A DNA stretch of 64,000 bases, taken from positions 16,194 to 80,193 of the forward strand of contig VGKQ01000001.1 of assembly GCA_016866995.1 (NCBI GenBank), in the 5' to 3' direction. This DNA comes from Candidatus Pacearchaeota archaeon. Lineage in GTDB: Archaea; Nanobdellota; Nanobdellia; Pacearchaeales; GW2011-AR1. Of this stretch, positions 28,100 through 36,988 are shown piece after piece (position 1 is the first letter of the stretch; every line of letters starts with the position of its first letter). The notes beneath the pieces are model-generated. The model had not been told where the DNA came from. It worked only from the letters and a program-made list of their open reading frames with translations, and did no database searches. A program made the translations under genes and the position numbers.

Positions 28100-29132
28100 T
28101 TCTACATATATCAAGCAAAATATCTCTTGGCTCTCTTTTATTTGTATATTTTATAAAATCCATAAGTGAAAAAACATCATCTATGCTGAATGCCTCATCT
28201 TCTTCAACAAAAAATACCTTAACTCTATTTTGTGAATAAAAATAATCTGAATTATTATTGCCTCTAATAAATCTTCTTGCAAATTCCATACCCCATATAC
28301 TACCACACTTTATTCCAAAATATCCTGCCCTTCCAAAATTAGGGTTTCCAAATTTATATATTTCCGCGACTCTGTCATCATCTATATTAAAATTTTGAAT
28401 ACTTAATCCAAGATTTTCTATACTTCCTGGTTTTACTATTATTGTAGCACTATTTTCAGGTTCATCTTGATAATGAAAATTTATTGCTCTTTCTAATATT
28501 CCTGGCTTTCTATAAACATCTGCAGTTAATCTTAATATTATATCAACTTCTCTTTTTTCTAAAGCCTCACTCATTCTTAGAAAAGCTTCTTGCTTGGGCG
28601 TCTGTCTTCCTCGCAAATAAACTATTTCTGGCATATTCCAAAATCTGCTAATTCTATTAACATTTTTCCCTGCAGAAACAAAATTTATATCACATTCCTG
28701 ATAAATTTCTTTTAAAACCAATCCTATAATATGTTCTAATTTTCCAAATACAGGAACTTCAATCAAAGGTTTACACTGATCTGCTCCAATTAATGACAAT
28801 CTTGTTCCATCTCCTCCTGCGAGAATAAAAGAAGCAATTCCTCGATTTTTTGAATTTCTACTAAAACTAAAATCATGACTTAAACCCGGCATAATATTAT
28901 TATAATGCAAAAAATTATACAAAACAATTACTTCAATAGCTTGGCTGATTTTTCTTTCTTGTCCTCTTACACTTGCAGTATATTGGAATTTTTTAATTCT
29001 TTCTAAATTACTGGAAATTAATTTATGAGCATAATCAATAAATAAAGCAGTAGCAATCCCATCATTTCTAAGTTGATTAACATAAGATAAATAAATTTCT
29101 TTAAAGACTTCTTCAAATTTCATTTTAGACAT
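28092..29132 (-). CDS. Sugar-phosphate nucleotidyltransferase-like protein with N-terminal extension
   Basis: ILAGGDGTRL...CKPL (GT-A NTP transferase signature) starting near aa 100. Confidence 0.75.
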   Translation of the reverse strand: MSKMKFEEVFKEIYLSYVNQLRNDGIATALFIDYAHKLISSNLERIKKFQYTASVRGQERKISQAIEVIVLYNFLHYNNIMPGLSHDFSFSRNSKNRGIASFILAGGDGTRLSLIGADQCKPLIEVPVFGKLEHIIGLVLKEIYQECDINFVSAGKNVNRISRFWNMPEIVYLRGRQTPKQEAFLRMSEALEKREVDIILRLTADVYRKPGILERAINFHYQDEPENSATIIVKPGSIENLGLSIQNFNIDDDRVAEIYKFGNPNFGRAGYFGIKCGSIWGMEFARRFIRGNNNSDYFYSQNRVKVFFVEEDEAFSIDDVFSLMDFIKYTNKREPRDILLDICRKY

Positions 29133-29607
29133 CTATTTTTGAAACTGTTCCATCTTTTGTATCATAAATTATATAGCATGCGGGAATTTTTCTTCCCATA
29201 ATCTCCCCACAACACACCAACAAAGTGCCATCACTATCTCTTTCTATTTTAAAATCATGCAGATGTCCATAAAAAACAGCATCAAAACCTTTCAATCTTT
29301 TGGCTACTCTTTCTTCATGCGTGAATCCAATCTTTTTTTTATCAACTTTAAGTTCTCCAAAATCTTTGAAAAATTCTATATTAGCTTCTCTACACCCATC
29401 TACTAATCTATAATTTTTTATGTCAGAATCGCTGAAAACCAGATACTGCTTTTTTACAAGATTTTTTAATTCATTAATTATAAACGGAGAACATATATCC
29501 CCACAATTTATTACTGCTATTATTTCTGTATTAGAATTAATACTTTCTATAGCTTTTTTAAGATTCCATATATTGTCATGAATATCTGAGATAATTGCTA
29601 TTTTCAT
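29125..29607 (-). CDS. Calcineurin-like metallophosphoesterase (YfcE/MJ0936 family)
   Basis: SDIHDN, CGDI, FTH, GHLH. Confidence 0.85.
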   Translation of the reverse strand: MKIAIISDIHDNIWNLKKAIESINSNTEIIAVINCGDICSPFIINELKNLVKKQYLVFSDSDIKNYRLVDGCREANIEFFKDFGELKVDKKKIGFTHEERVAKRLKGFDAVFYGHLHDFKIERDSDGTLLVCCGEIMGRKIPACYIIYDTKDGTVSKIDV

Positions 29608-30545
29608 ATTATTTTGTCAATTATTTTTTGAGCGTCTCCTCTTACATAAATTATTGTTTCAGCAGAGTCTATTAAATTTTTTACGAATTCAGCCCTTTTA
29701 TTCATTTGCTCTTCATTATCCAAAGAAGGAATGGGGAGGCTATAATAAAGCAATGAAGTATTTCTTATCCTATTTGTTATTTGTTCATATATTTCTGAAG
29801 CCGCTTTTCTTTTATTTTTACAAGGAAGTATAGTAACTTTAGAATCTTCTATAATATGAGGGAATATTATAGTCAATTTTGGATTTAATATTTTGCTTCT
29901 GTATTTAAAAATATTTAGATTTATAGGGGTTTTTTCATAAAATTTGTTCACATTTTCAGTAATATTTTTTATTTTTTTAAATTTAGATAAAGTTTTATTA
30001 TTTATTGGAGAAAAAGCACTTGTTGGAAATATAATATATTTTTTATTTTCTTCCTTAATTGATGAAAGATCATTTCCTAATATCATTAGTCCTTTTTCTA
30101 CTGCTGCCAACAAACATGTTGTTTTACCACTCCCAGCATGCCCAACAAACATAAAAACTTTGTTTGTTTTTTTATCAATTACGCTACTTGCATGAATATT
30201 ATATATTTTTAATTTTTTTTCCAAACACAGAAGAACATAATTATATATAAAATATCTTAAAATACTATGTACTTCCCCAAACTTTTTTTCTAATTCTGAA
30301 AAAGGTCCTCTTAAAAAAAGAGTATTGTCTTTAATCATAAATTTAAGAGGATTATTATCATCTATAATATAACAATAAAAATCAATATTTTGCTGTTTGT
30401 CTTTTAAAACAATAAAATTTTCTTCAAATTTCTCTTTTAGTTTTATTTCTAACTTTCCATTTACAAAATCAAGGATATTTGAAACTAATTCAAAATTTAT
30501 ACCAAATACAGAAATTTTCTTACGATACATATTTAATTCTTTCAT
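29604..30545 (-). CDS. HPr-kinase-related P-loop protein
   Basis: IHASSV, GHAGSGKTT Walker A, LGND. Confidence 0.75.
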   Translation of the reverse strand: MKELNMYRKKISVFGINFELVSNILDFVNGKLEIKLKEKFEENFIVLKDKQQNIDFYCYIIDDNNPLKFMIKDNTLFLRGPFSELEKKFGEVHSILRYFIYNYVLLCLEKKLKIYNIHASSVIDKKTNKVFMFVGHAGSGKTTCLLAAVEKGLMILGNDLSSIKEENKKYIIFPTSAFSPINNKTLSKFKKIKNITENVNKFYEKTPINLNIFKYRSKILNPKLTIIFPHIIEDSKVTILPCKNKRKAASEIYEQITNRIRNTSLLYYSLPIPSLDNEEQMNKRAEFVKNLIDSAETIIYVRGDAQKIIDKII

Positions 30546-30581
30546 TAAAAATAATCACTAAAAAGCATACTTTAATCAGCC

Positions 30582-30608
30582 TTTTATAAATGAAACTCTT
30601 TTAATACT
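30582..30608 (+). repeat. 27-bp perfect direct repeat, right copy
   Basis: Identical to 28073-28099. Confidence 0.9.
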
Positions 30609-30646
30609 GAAAGTCTTATTAAAATTCCTTGTTTTCCTGATATTTT

Positions 30647-30982
30647 ATGCCAAATATTATTGAATTATATTTTTTTCAGAACAAGTATAATCAATCTGAA
30701 TCAAAAGAAGCGAAATTTATTTCAAGGATTAAAGAAATTTTTCCAGAAATTCAAGTAAAAGAGATTGATATTGTAAAGGCAGCAACGCCTGAATTTTCAG
30801 AAATTGCTCTTGACTTGATAAAAAATCAAGGAATTATTTCTCTGCCAATTGTAATAATAAATGACAAATTAATAAGCAAGGGGAAATTGCCAGATATTCA
30901 AGAAATAATTGAGGAATTAAGGAGCAAGCAGGATATCAGCGAGAAAATAAGAGACATGTTTAACAAATTTCAGGATTTTTAA
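30647..30982 (+). CDS. Thioredoxin-fold/ArsD-like small protein without Cys
   Basis: GIISLPIVIINDKLISKGKLP resembles the ArsD/glutaredoxin C-terminal motif. Confidence 0.55.
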   Translation: MPNIIELYFFQNKYNQSESKEAKFISRIKEIFPEIQVKEIDIVKAATPEFSEIALDLIKNQGIISLPIVIINDKLISKGKLPDIQEIIEELRSKQDISEKIRDMFNKFQDF

Positions 30983-31197
30983 TAAAAAACCAAAATATTA
31001 GCTTCTGTTATTAATGTTGATTAAATGTAATCCAATTTACTAAACTTTAACAAATCAATATTAATATCTTTAATAATTACAATAAATTAGCTTACAAGTT
31101 AATTATAGTTCAAAGATTTTTTATTTGGAAAATATACTAATAACAGAAAATTAATTTTCCCCACCCAGCAATATTAACTTAATTCAATAATGTATAA

Positions 31198-33573
31198 TTA
31201 TGAAGCAGAGTTGTACATTCTTGCTATAATTGTGCAGTCAGCAGGATTTGGCTGATTTCCACTTGAGTCTACGCATTTGATATAATAGTTTGTGCTTGTC
31301 TTCCAGTCAGTATAATGATATGTTGTGTTTGCATATAATAATTGTGTTCCGGTGTTTAATGCAAAATTGCACTTCTGATTTACAGCTTCTGAATAATAGC
31401 AAGTTGATTTCTCATTTGTCTCAATTCTTAATTTTCCTCCTTCATTATACAGCCTTGTAACAAACGGAGCCTGCCTGTCTACTTGCACTGTAAATTTTGT
31501 GGAATTGTAGTCTGCATTATTTCCCAAATCAACGCACTTGAAATAATATGTGTATGTTCCAGGAGGCAGCTGCTGATTTTGCTTGTGTTTGCTTGAACCA
31601 GTTTCAAACATTTTTATGTAGCTTGAATCAGTATTTTGCTGGGAATAATAGCACATTGCATCTCCATTATTAAAACCGTTTCCTGTTTCAACTTCCAAAT
31701 CAACAGAAACAACATTTGCATATCCCTGAACTGTTCCGTTCGGTCCTGTTTTCAAAATATTCACAGGCTGTGTTCCTTTCAATATAAATGGATAGCTTTC
31801 TGCATTTGTATTTCTGTCATTTTGATTTTCCAGTGTTGGCTGGTCTCTGCATCTGAAGAAAAACTGATTGTCTTTTCTGTTTTCCAAGCCATTTAAAGTT
31901 GTATAGCACTTGTAAAGCATATTATTATTTATATTCCAGACATTCTGCGCACAAGTCATTGTATTTTCCATCAAATCATAATCTTTATCCTGCTTGCTCC
32001 ATCTGCAGTCAGCAGGCTCGTTTGTATAAACTTCTATATCTGTCTCATTCAAGCCAAACTGGAAAGGCATTCCAGACGGAATGCTTGTCCCAACAATTTC
32101 AGGAGGAGTTGTGTCAGGCCCTTTTTCAACGCAGAATCTTATTGCAAATTCATCCTCATTTATATTTCCATTCCCGTCCTGGCATCTTACATATAAAGTG
32201 TATATTCCGTCATGCTTGAGTTCAGGAGATGCATTCTGCATTGCACTTGGGCTTGGAAGTCTTAATGTCTGGCTGTGATTGTAGTCATACAAATTACTCT
32301 CTCCAAAATAAAACTGCATGTTTGAGTATGCGTTCTTGACATCTCTTACGTTTACAGTGTGATTATAATCTATTTTGCATTGTGTAGGCTCATTAGTTGA
32401 AATTCCAAATGTTATTGGAGTAAAAGCTTTAATACAGCCATCTGAAGCAGCATCTCTTGTAACTCTCATTCCTGTTCTAGGCGGACGTATGTTTACATCT
32501 TTATACGAGTGTCCTTTGCTTAAAACTTCCAGCCACGGAGCTATTGTCGGAGATGTTACATCATGAGGATTTTTCCAGTAGCACAACAATCCTTCTTTGC
32601 TTGGAACAACATCACATCCCTGCCCGAGTGATTTGCATCTGTATTCAGAACACGGACGCATTAAATCTTTATTGCATAACTCACAATATTTTCCTCCTGT
32701 TGGAGCTTCATATGGCTTGCATTCAAATACAACTTGTTTCTTGCTTTCTTTTTTCCATAACATATTCAAGACAAGCAATCCAACTCCAACTGCAATTCCC
32801 AAGCTTAAAAGCTGAGCCTGTCCTGCATTTGCCAAGCCAAGAGGCAATCCTTCAGTAGCTTTCGCACCCCAGACAGCTTTTCCTCCTCCCCACATCTCAA
32901 GATTTAATCCTTTTCCTGTTAAAATAGGTGATAATATCTGATATGTCATTGCTCCTGCAAATGCAGCCACTCCAAGAGCTTTCTGATTATTCTTGCTCAA
33001 TCCAAACATTCCTCCTCCAAGATATCCCACAAGCCCTATAACTCCTGCATAAAATAATGAACTGATAATAGAATCAGCTGCCAATGCTCCGAGAATATTC
33101 GAGCTTGCAGCAGCTCCTCCTGTCCCAGATGTTCCTACTTCTACAAGTTTGTTGCCTGCTCCCATTTCATATATTTTGTTTTTATACATAAGCTGACTTA
33201 AATCAGCATTAAATCTTACTTCTGACAGAGGAACTGCTCCTATGCCAGGTATATTAACACTATTTCCAAGAAGAAATCCTGAAAAAGGGTCTCCGGGCTT
33301 CATAATTCTTGTAAAAGCTTCTGCAACCTTCACAGGAGGGGCAACAGGGGGCGCAGGCGGAGGATTTGTAGCAGTAAGAATAATATTTGTTGTTGGTGTA
33401 GAATGATAGCTTAATCTTAAATCCATTGGTTTCAAAGATTCTTCTATGCTCGGCAAGCCAGGTACTTGAGCATCAGCAAGAGAAATCAAAAATGAAAAAG
33501 CAGCAACAGCTATAATTAAATCTGCAATTATAAAAATTGCTTTACCCCTTTTTCCCTCTTTTTTATTTCTCAT
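31198..33573 (-). CDS. Cys-rich surface protein: Gly/Ala-rich hydrophobic region plus Ig-like C-module (paralog of 36989-41053 C-half)
   Basis: Signal peptide; CKPYEAPTGGKYCELC...CSEYRCKSLG; repeated DxTxP...YxxCxDxxGN modules. Confidence 0.8.
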   Translation of the reverse strand: MRNKKEGKRGKAIFIIADLIIAVAAFSFLISLADAQVPGLPSIEESLKPMDLRLSYHSTPTTNIILTATNPPPAPPVAPPVKVAEAFTRIMKPGDPFSGFLLGNSVNIPGIGAVPLSEVRFNADLSQLMYKNKIYEMGAGNKLVEVGTSGTGGAAASSNILGALAADSIISSLFYAGVIGLVGYLGGGMFGLSKNNQKALGVAAFAGAMTYQILSPILTGKGLNLEMWGGGKAVWGAKATEGLPLGLANAGQAQLLSLGIAVGVGLLVLNMLWKKESKKQVVFECKPYEAPTGGKYCELCNKDLMRPCSEYRCKSLGQGCDVVPSKEGLLCYWKNPHDVTSPTIAPWLEVLSKGHSYKDVNIRPPRTGMRVTRDAASDGCIKAFTPITFGISTNEPTQCKIDYNHTVNVRDVKNAYSNMQFYFGESNLYDYNHSQTLRLPSPSAMQNASPELKHDGIYTLYVRCQDGNGNINEDEFAIRFCVEKGPDTTPPEIVGTSIPSGMPFQFGLNETDIEVYTNEPADCRWSKQDKDYDLMENTMTCAQNVWNINNNMLYKCYTTLNGLENRKDNQFFFRCRDQPTLENQNDRNTNAESYPFILKGTQPVNILKTGPNGTVQGYANVVSVDLEVETGNGFNNGDAMCYYSQQNTDSSYIKMFETGSSKHKQNQQLPPGTYTYYFKCVDLGNNADYNSTKFTVQVDRQAPFVTRLYNEGGKLRIETNEKSTCYYSEAVNQKCNFALNTGTQLLYANTTYHYTDWKTSTNYYIKCVDSSGNQPNPADCTIIARMYNSAS

Positions 33574-33578
33574 CTTTT

Positions 33579-34268
33579 TTATTTTGTAACTAACATAAAT
33601 TCCTGCCTTCCGGCAGTGACACCATCAATTTCCAATTCAACAGCGCATGAAAGTCTTAATCCTCTTGCACCGCTTTTATTGTCAAAAAATTGCCTTGAAT
33701 AAATCATTCCTCCCGGGCTTACTTCATTTTCTGGCTCTCTTTCTATATCCTTTCCGTCGTCATACCAGACAAGCCTCATTTTTGCGGTTCTGCCTGTCTG
33801 ATTTAATCCTATTACAGTAATATTCTCTCCTTGGTTATATTGCCTTTTTTCAAAGCCAGACAACTCGCTTTTTCTGAGAAATTTATCTCCATTGTCAATC
33901 CAGTCATTGCACAAAATTAAAACAGGCAATCCATTTTCAAAATGAGTTTGCTGTACTTGCATAAATCTTCCAACATAAATATCCATTTTATTTGTCCATG
34001 AATTATACCTGTAAACATTATCTCCTAATCTTGCAAACTTCCAGTCAGGACTTACTAAGCAATTTGCAGTTCTTACATTCCCAACATATATTTCTCTTCC
34101 AGCAGGCACCCAGTTAATAGAATTAATATCAACAGCTACTGGCTGGCATTCCTCTCTTGGTGGCATATACGAGCCAAAATATCCCCCACCCCAGCATCCT
34201 GCAATACTTGCAGCTGCAGCACTTGCAAGTGCTGCCAATCCTCCCTTCATAAAATTTCTTCTGTCCAT
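33579..34268 (-). CDS. Putative Tat-signal lipoprotein
   Basis: MDRRNFMK twin-arginine motif, IAGC lipobox. Confidence 0.7.
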   Translation of the reverse strand: MDRRNFMKGGLAALASAAAASIAGCWGGGYFGSYMPPREECQPVAVDINSINWVPAGREIYVGNVRTANCLVSPDWKFARLGDNVYRYNSWTNKMDIYVGRFMQVQQTHFENGLPVLILCNDWIDNGDKFLRKSELSGFEKRQYNQGENITVIGLNQTGRTAKMRLVWYDDGKDIEREPENEVSPGGMIYSRQFFDNKSGARGLRLSCAVELEIDGVTAGRQEFMLVTK

Positions 34269-34330
34269 TTTCCTTGTTTTTCCTTATATAAACTTATATT
34301 TAAATCTTTTGTTTTGTTATTATTTAAAAG

Positions 34331-36157
34331 TTACATCACTTTTAAGCTTTCTAATAATCCCTGATTTATTGATTTATTTTGAATTTCAGCACTGGCTGTA
34401 GACAATCCTAAAAGCCAGTCTCCCCCCTTAAGCAAAGGCAAAAATAATTTTGTTCCAGAAACTCCAAAGCCACTTGAAAGATATTTGTAAACTCCTTCTG
34501 AGCCAGTGCAGTCTCCCAAAGCCCTGCAGATTTCTTCATTTTTCTTCTGCCAAGTATCACCCCCGCACTCGCAATTCTCAACACAATCCTCACTCCCTCC
34601 AAACAATCCTTTTTTCTCATACTCAATTGTGCACGCAGCATTTCCAAGGCTGCATTGTGATTGCGCCTCTCCTGCCTGCCAGAATTTCAAGCCAGGAGGA
34701 TAATTAGGCACACAAACCGCTCCTTTCAAAGTTTTTGGTTCATTTTCATCTTCTTCATCTCCTCCAAGAATTCCTGAAGAAGTTGTTTTCTCGGGCTCTG
34801 GAAAGCTTCCTGAACTTGAGCTTGTGCTTGCCTGAACTCCTGCAAGAATGCTTGTTCCAATTGCCCCTTCAATCCACTGGCAGTCTCCTTTGTCAACATT
34901 CTCACAGTCTTCTTTTGTCTTGAATGTCACGCAATTCTGCCACCTGTTTGCAATACACCCTGCCTGCTGAAAATCTCCTTTATCAGTTGTAATTTTATCT
35001 TGTAAACAAATCTCTGCTCTTAAATCAGCGCACGGCTCTACAAGCTCCTCGCCAGCAACGCAAATATGCTTCCAGTATCTTGAGCCAGCAGGATCTTTTC
35101 CTTTCCCTGTTCCATCATCATATATGCACCAGCTTTCACCATGTCGATAATCTTTTCCATCTTTTGTGTTCTTGCAGTTCAAATCCCTGCATATAAAATC
35201 TCCATATGTCGGCCTTCTTGCATCCTTGCTTGCATCATACTTCCTGCAAAAACTTCCGCCAAAATAATCACAATTTCCACAAGATACAGAATTTGCATTC
35301 GAGTTTGTATTTCCAGCCCCGCACGAATCTTTCTTTTCAATAATTTTTCTCCAGTATGCAGGCTCATCAATTTTTGCAGCATCATAAATATTCGCAGGAT
35401 TCCCGCACGTGTCCTTGAAATAAACTTCATCTCTTCCATCCACACATCCTGTTTTAACTTCTCCTTTGCTGTTTCTTCTTGCGCAGTTTGTTCCAAGCTC
35501 TTCAGCAGTGCACAAATAATCTTTGTGAAAGCTCGAGTTGCCTGTATAATTTCCTGTTTTCTTTTTCATTGCCTCGCACTCTCCTTTTGTTGTGAACTTG
35601 CATGTTTTTGTAAAATCCTGCTCATACACGCACGCTCCTTTGTCCTGGGCATGCGCAAGTGCAATGCATGCTGTTTCTGACTGAACATCTGTTCTGAAAT
35701 TAATCTGAACTCCAAAAAATGAAGAAAGCTTTTTGCATCTTACAAGAGTTACAAATGCTGCCTGGTCGCTGAATACACAGCATCCTAAATTGCATTGCGG
35801 AATTTCACATTTTGCAGAATCTGCCCATGTCCCATTGCTCGCCTGGCACACTAATTGCGGAGTGTTTTCCATGCATATTCCTTCCTTGCTGTCATAACAG
35901 CATCCCTGCCTGCAGTAAGATGTTGCATCGCATGATGTTGGAGTTATTCTAAAGCCAGAATCACAAGATTGTGTCAATGCATTCTGGCACCAAGCTCCAT
36001 AAATTGTTTTTTCACAGCAGACATTTGTCTGCTGTGCTGATGTTTGTGTTAATACAATAATAGACAATAAAAAAGCCATTCCAATAATTACAAAAGAAAA
36101 TATCATTCTCTTGATTAATTCTCTTTTTCTTTTTTCTTTAATCTTTTTTTGTTTCAT
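34331..36157 (-). CDS. Cys-rich secreted protein (paralog of 36989-41053 N-half)
   Basis: CCEKT, GCCYDSKEG, CVDGRDEVYFKDTCGNPANIY, GESWC, CRALGDC. Confidence 0.8.
   Translation of the reverse strand: MKQKKIKEKRKRELIKRMIFSFVIIGMAFLLSIIVLTQTSAQQTNVCCEKTIYGAWCQNALTQSCDSGFRITPTSCDATSYCRQGCCYDSKEGICMENTPQLVCQASNGTWADSAKCEIPQCNLGCCVFSDQAAFVTLVRCKKLSSFFGVQINFRTDVQSETACIALAHAQDKGACVYEQDFTKTCKFTTKGECEAMKKKTGNYTGNSSFHKDYLCTAEELGTNCARRNSKGEVKTGCVDGRDEVYFKDTCGNPANIYDAAKIDEPAYWRKIIEKKDSCGAGNTNSNANSVSCGNCDYFGGSFCRKYDASKDARRPTYGDFICRDLNCKNTKDGKDYRHGESWCIYDDGTGKGKDPAGSRYWKHICVAGEELVEPCADLRAEICLQDKITTDKGDFQQAGCIANRWQNCVTFKTKEDCENVDKGDCQWIEGAIGTSILAGVQASTSSSSGSFPEPEKTTSSGILGGDEEDENEPKTLKGAVCVPNYPPGLKFWQAGEAQSQCSLGNAACTIEYEKKGLFGGSEDCVENCECGGDTWQKKNEEICRALGDCTGSEGVYKYLSSGFGVSGTKLFLPLLKGGDWLLGLSTASAEIQNKSINQGLLESLKVM
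35384..35443 (+). repeat. 60-bp perfect repeat, copy 1 (copy 2 at 40292-40351)
   Basis: ATAAATATTCGCAGGATTCCCGCACGTGTCCTTGAAATAAACTTCATCTCTTCCATCCAC. Confidence 0.9.
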
Positions 36158-36172
36158 TTTTTATAGATTATT

Positions 36173-36940
36173 TTATTTATTCACATATTTGTCAACACCA
36201 TAACCAGGAGGCCAGCTCAAGCTTCTTGTGGCAAACACAAGTTTTTCTCCTGTAATTCTGTGAGTTAAAGTATAAATCTTGCTTCCATCCTCAAGCTTCA
36301 TTTTCTCAATTTTAATATCAGGATAATACATCATAAATGTTTCTGGAGCAGAATCTCCTTCCCTTGCCTCCCAGTTTAAGATACTTGAGGCAATCATAAT
36401 CAAATCATACATCTCACTGTTCCTGGCAATGCTAAATTTTTCATAATTCTCGCTTGCTCCTTTTGTCAGAGTTACTTTCGAGTTAATTGTTATTTTTATG
36501 CTTCCAGATTCAATTTCTGTTGAAACTTCGGGCTTGCTTGAACTTGTTTGATATCCTTTGCTCTTGTAATCATTTATAAGCTCATTTAAACAAGTTTCTG
36601 CCTTATCTTTCATATAACTTGAGATTTCTTTTTCAACATGCTCCAATAATAATGGCTGCTGCATTGTGCATGTTTTATAATACTCATTTGTATAGCACAA
36701 ATATTCAATTTTATTTTCTTTATACATAATAGAATGCTCTGGCTCAAGGCTTCCCCCCCTTTCTGTAATATTTTCTATTATTCCCATATGCTGATTCATG
36801 CACTCTTCAATATAGCCAGAAGGAGTTTTTGGAGCTGCCCCTAAACTTGATAATCTTGGATAAAAAATAATTATTAACAAGCCGATAAGAACAATTGCTA
36901 TAATTATAAATATTGTCACCTGCGATTTTTTATTTATCAT
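36173..36940 (-). CDS. Pilin-like protein (class III signal peptide)
   Basis: NKKS/QVTIFIIIAIVLIG; paralog of 41202-41969 (YIExC, GG, YLCY, CxMQxPL). Confidence 0.8.
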   Translation of the reverse strand: MINKKSQVTIFIIIAIVLIGLLIIIFYPRLSSLGAAPKTPSGYIEECMNQHMGIIENITERGGSLEPEHSIMYKENKIEYLCYTNEYYKTCTMQQPLLLEHVEKEISSYMKDKAETCLNELINDYKSKGYQTSSSKPEVSTEIESGSIKITINSKVTLTKGASENYEKFSIARNSEMYDLIMIASSILNWEAREGDSAPETFMMYYPDIKIEKMKLEDGSKIYTLTHRITGEKLVFATRSLSWPPGYGVDKYVNK

Positions 36941-36988
36941 TTTCCCTCTTTTTTCATAATCATTTTAATATTCTGCCTATTATAAATA

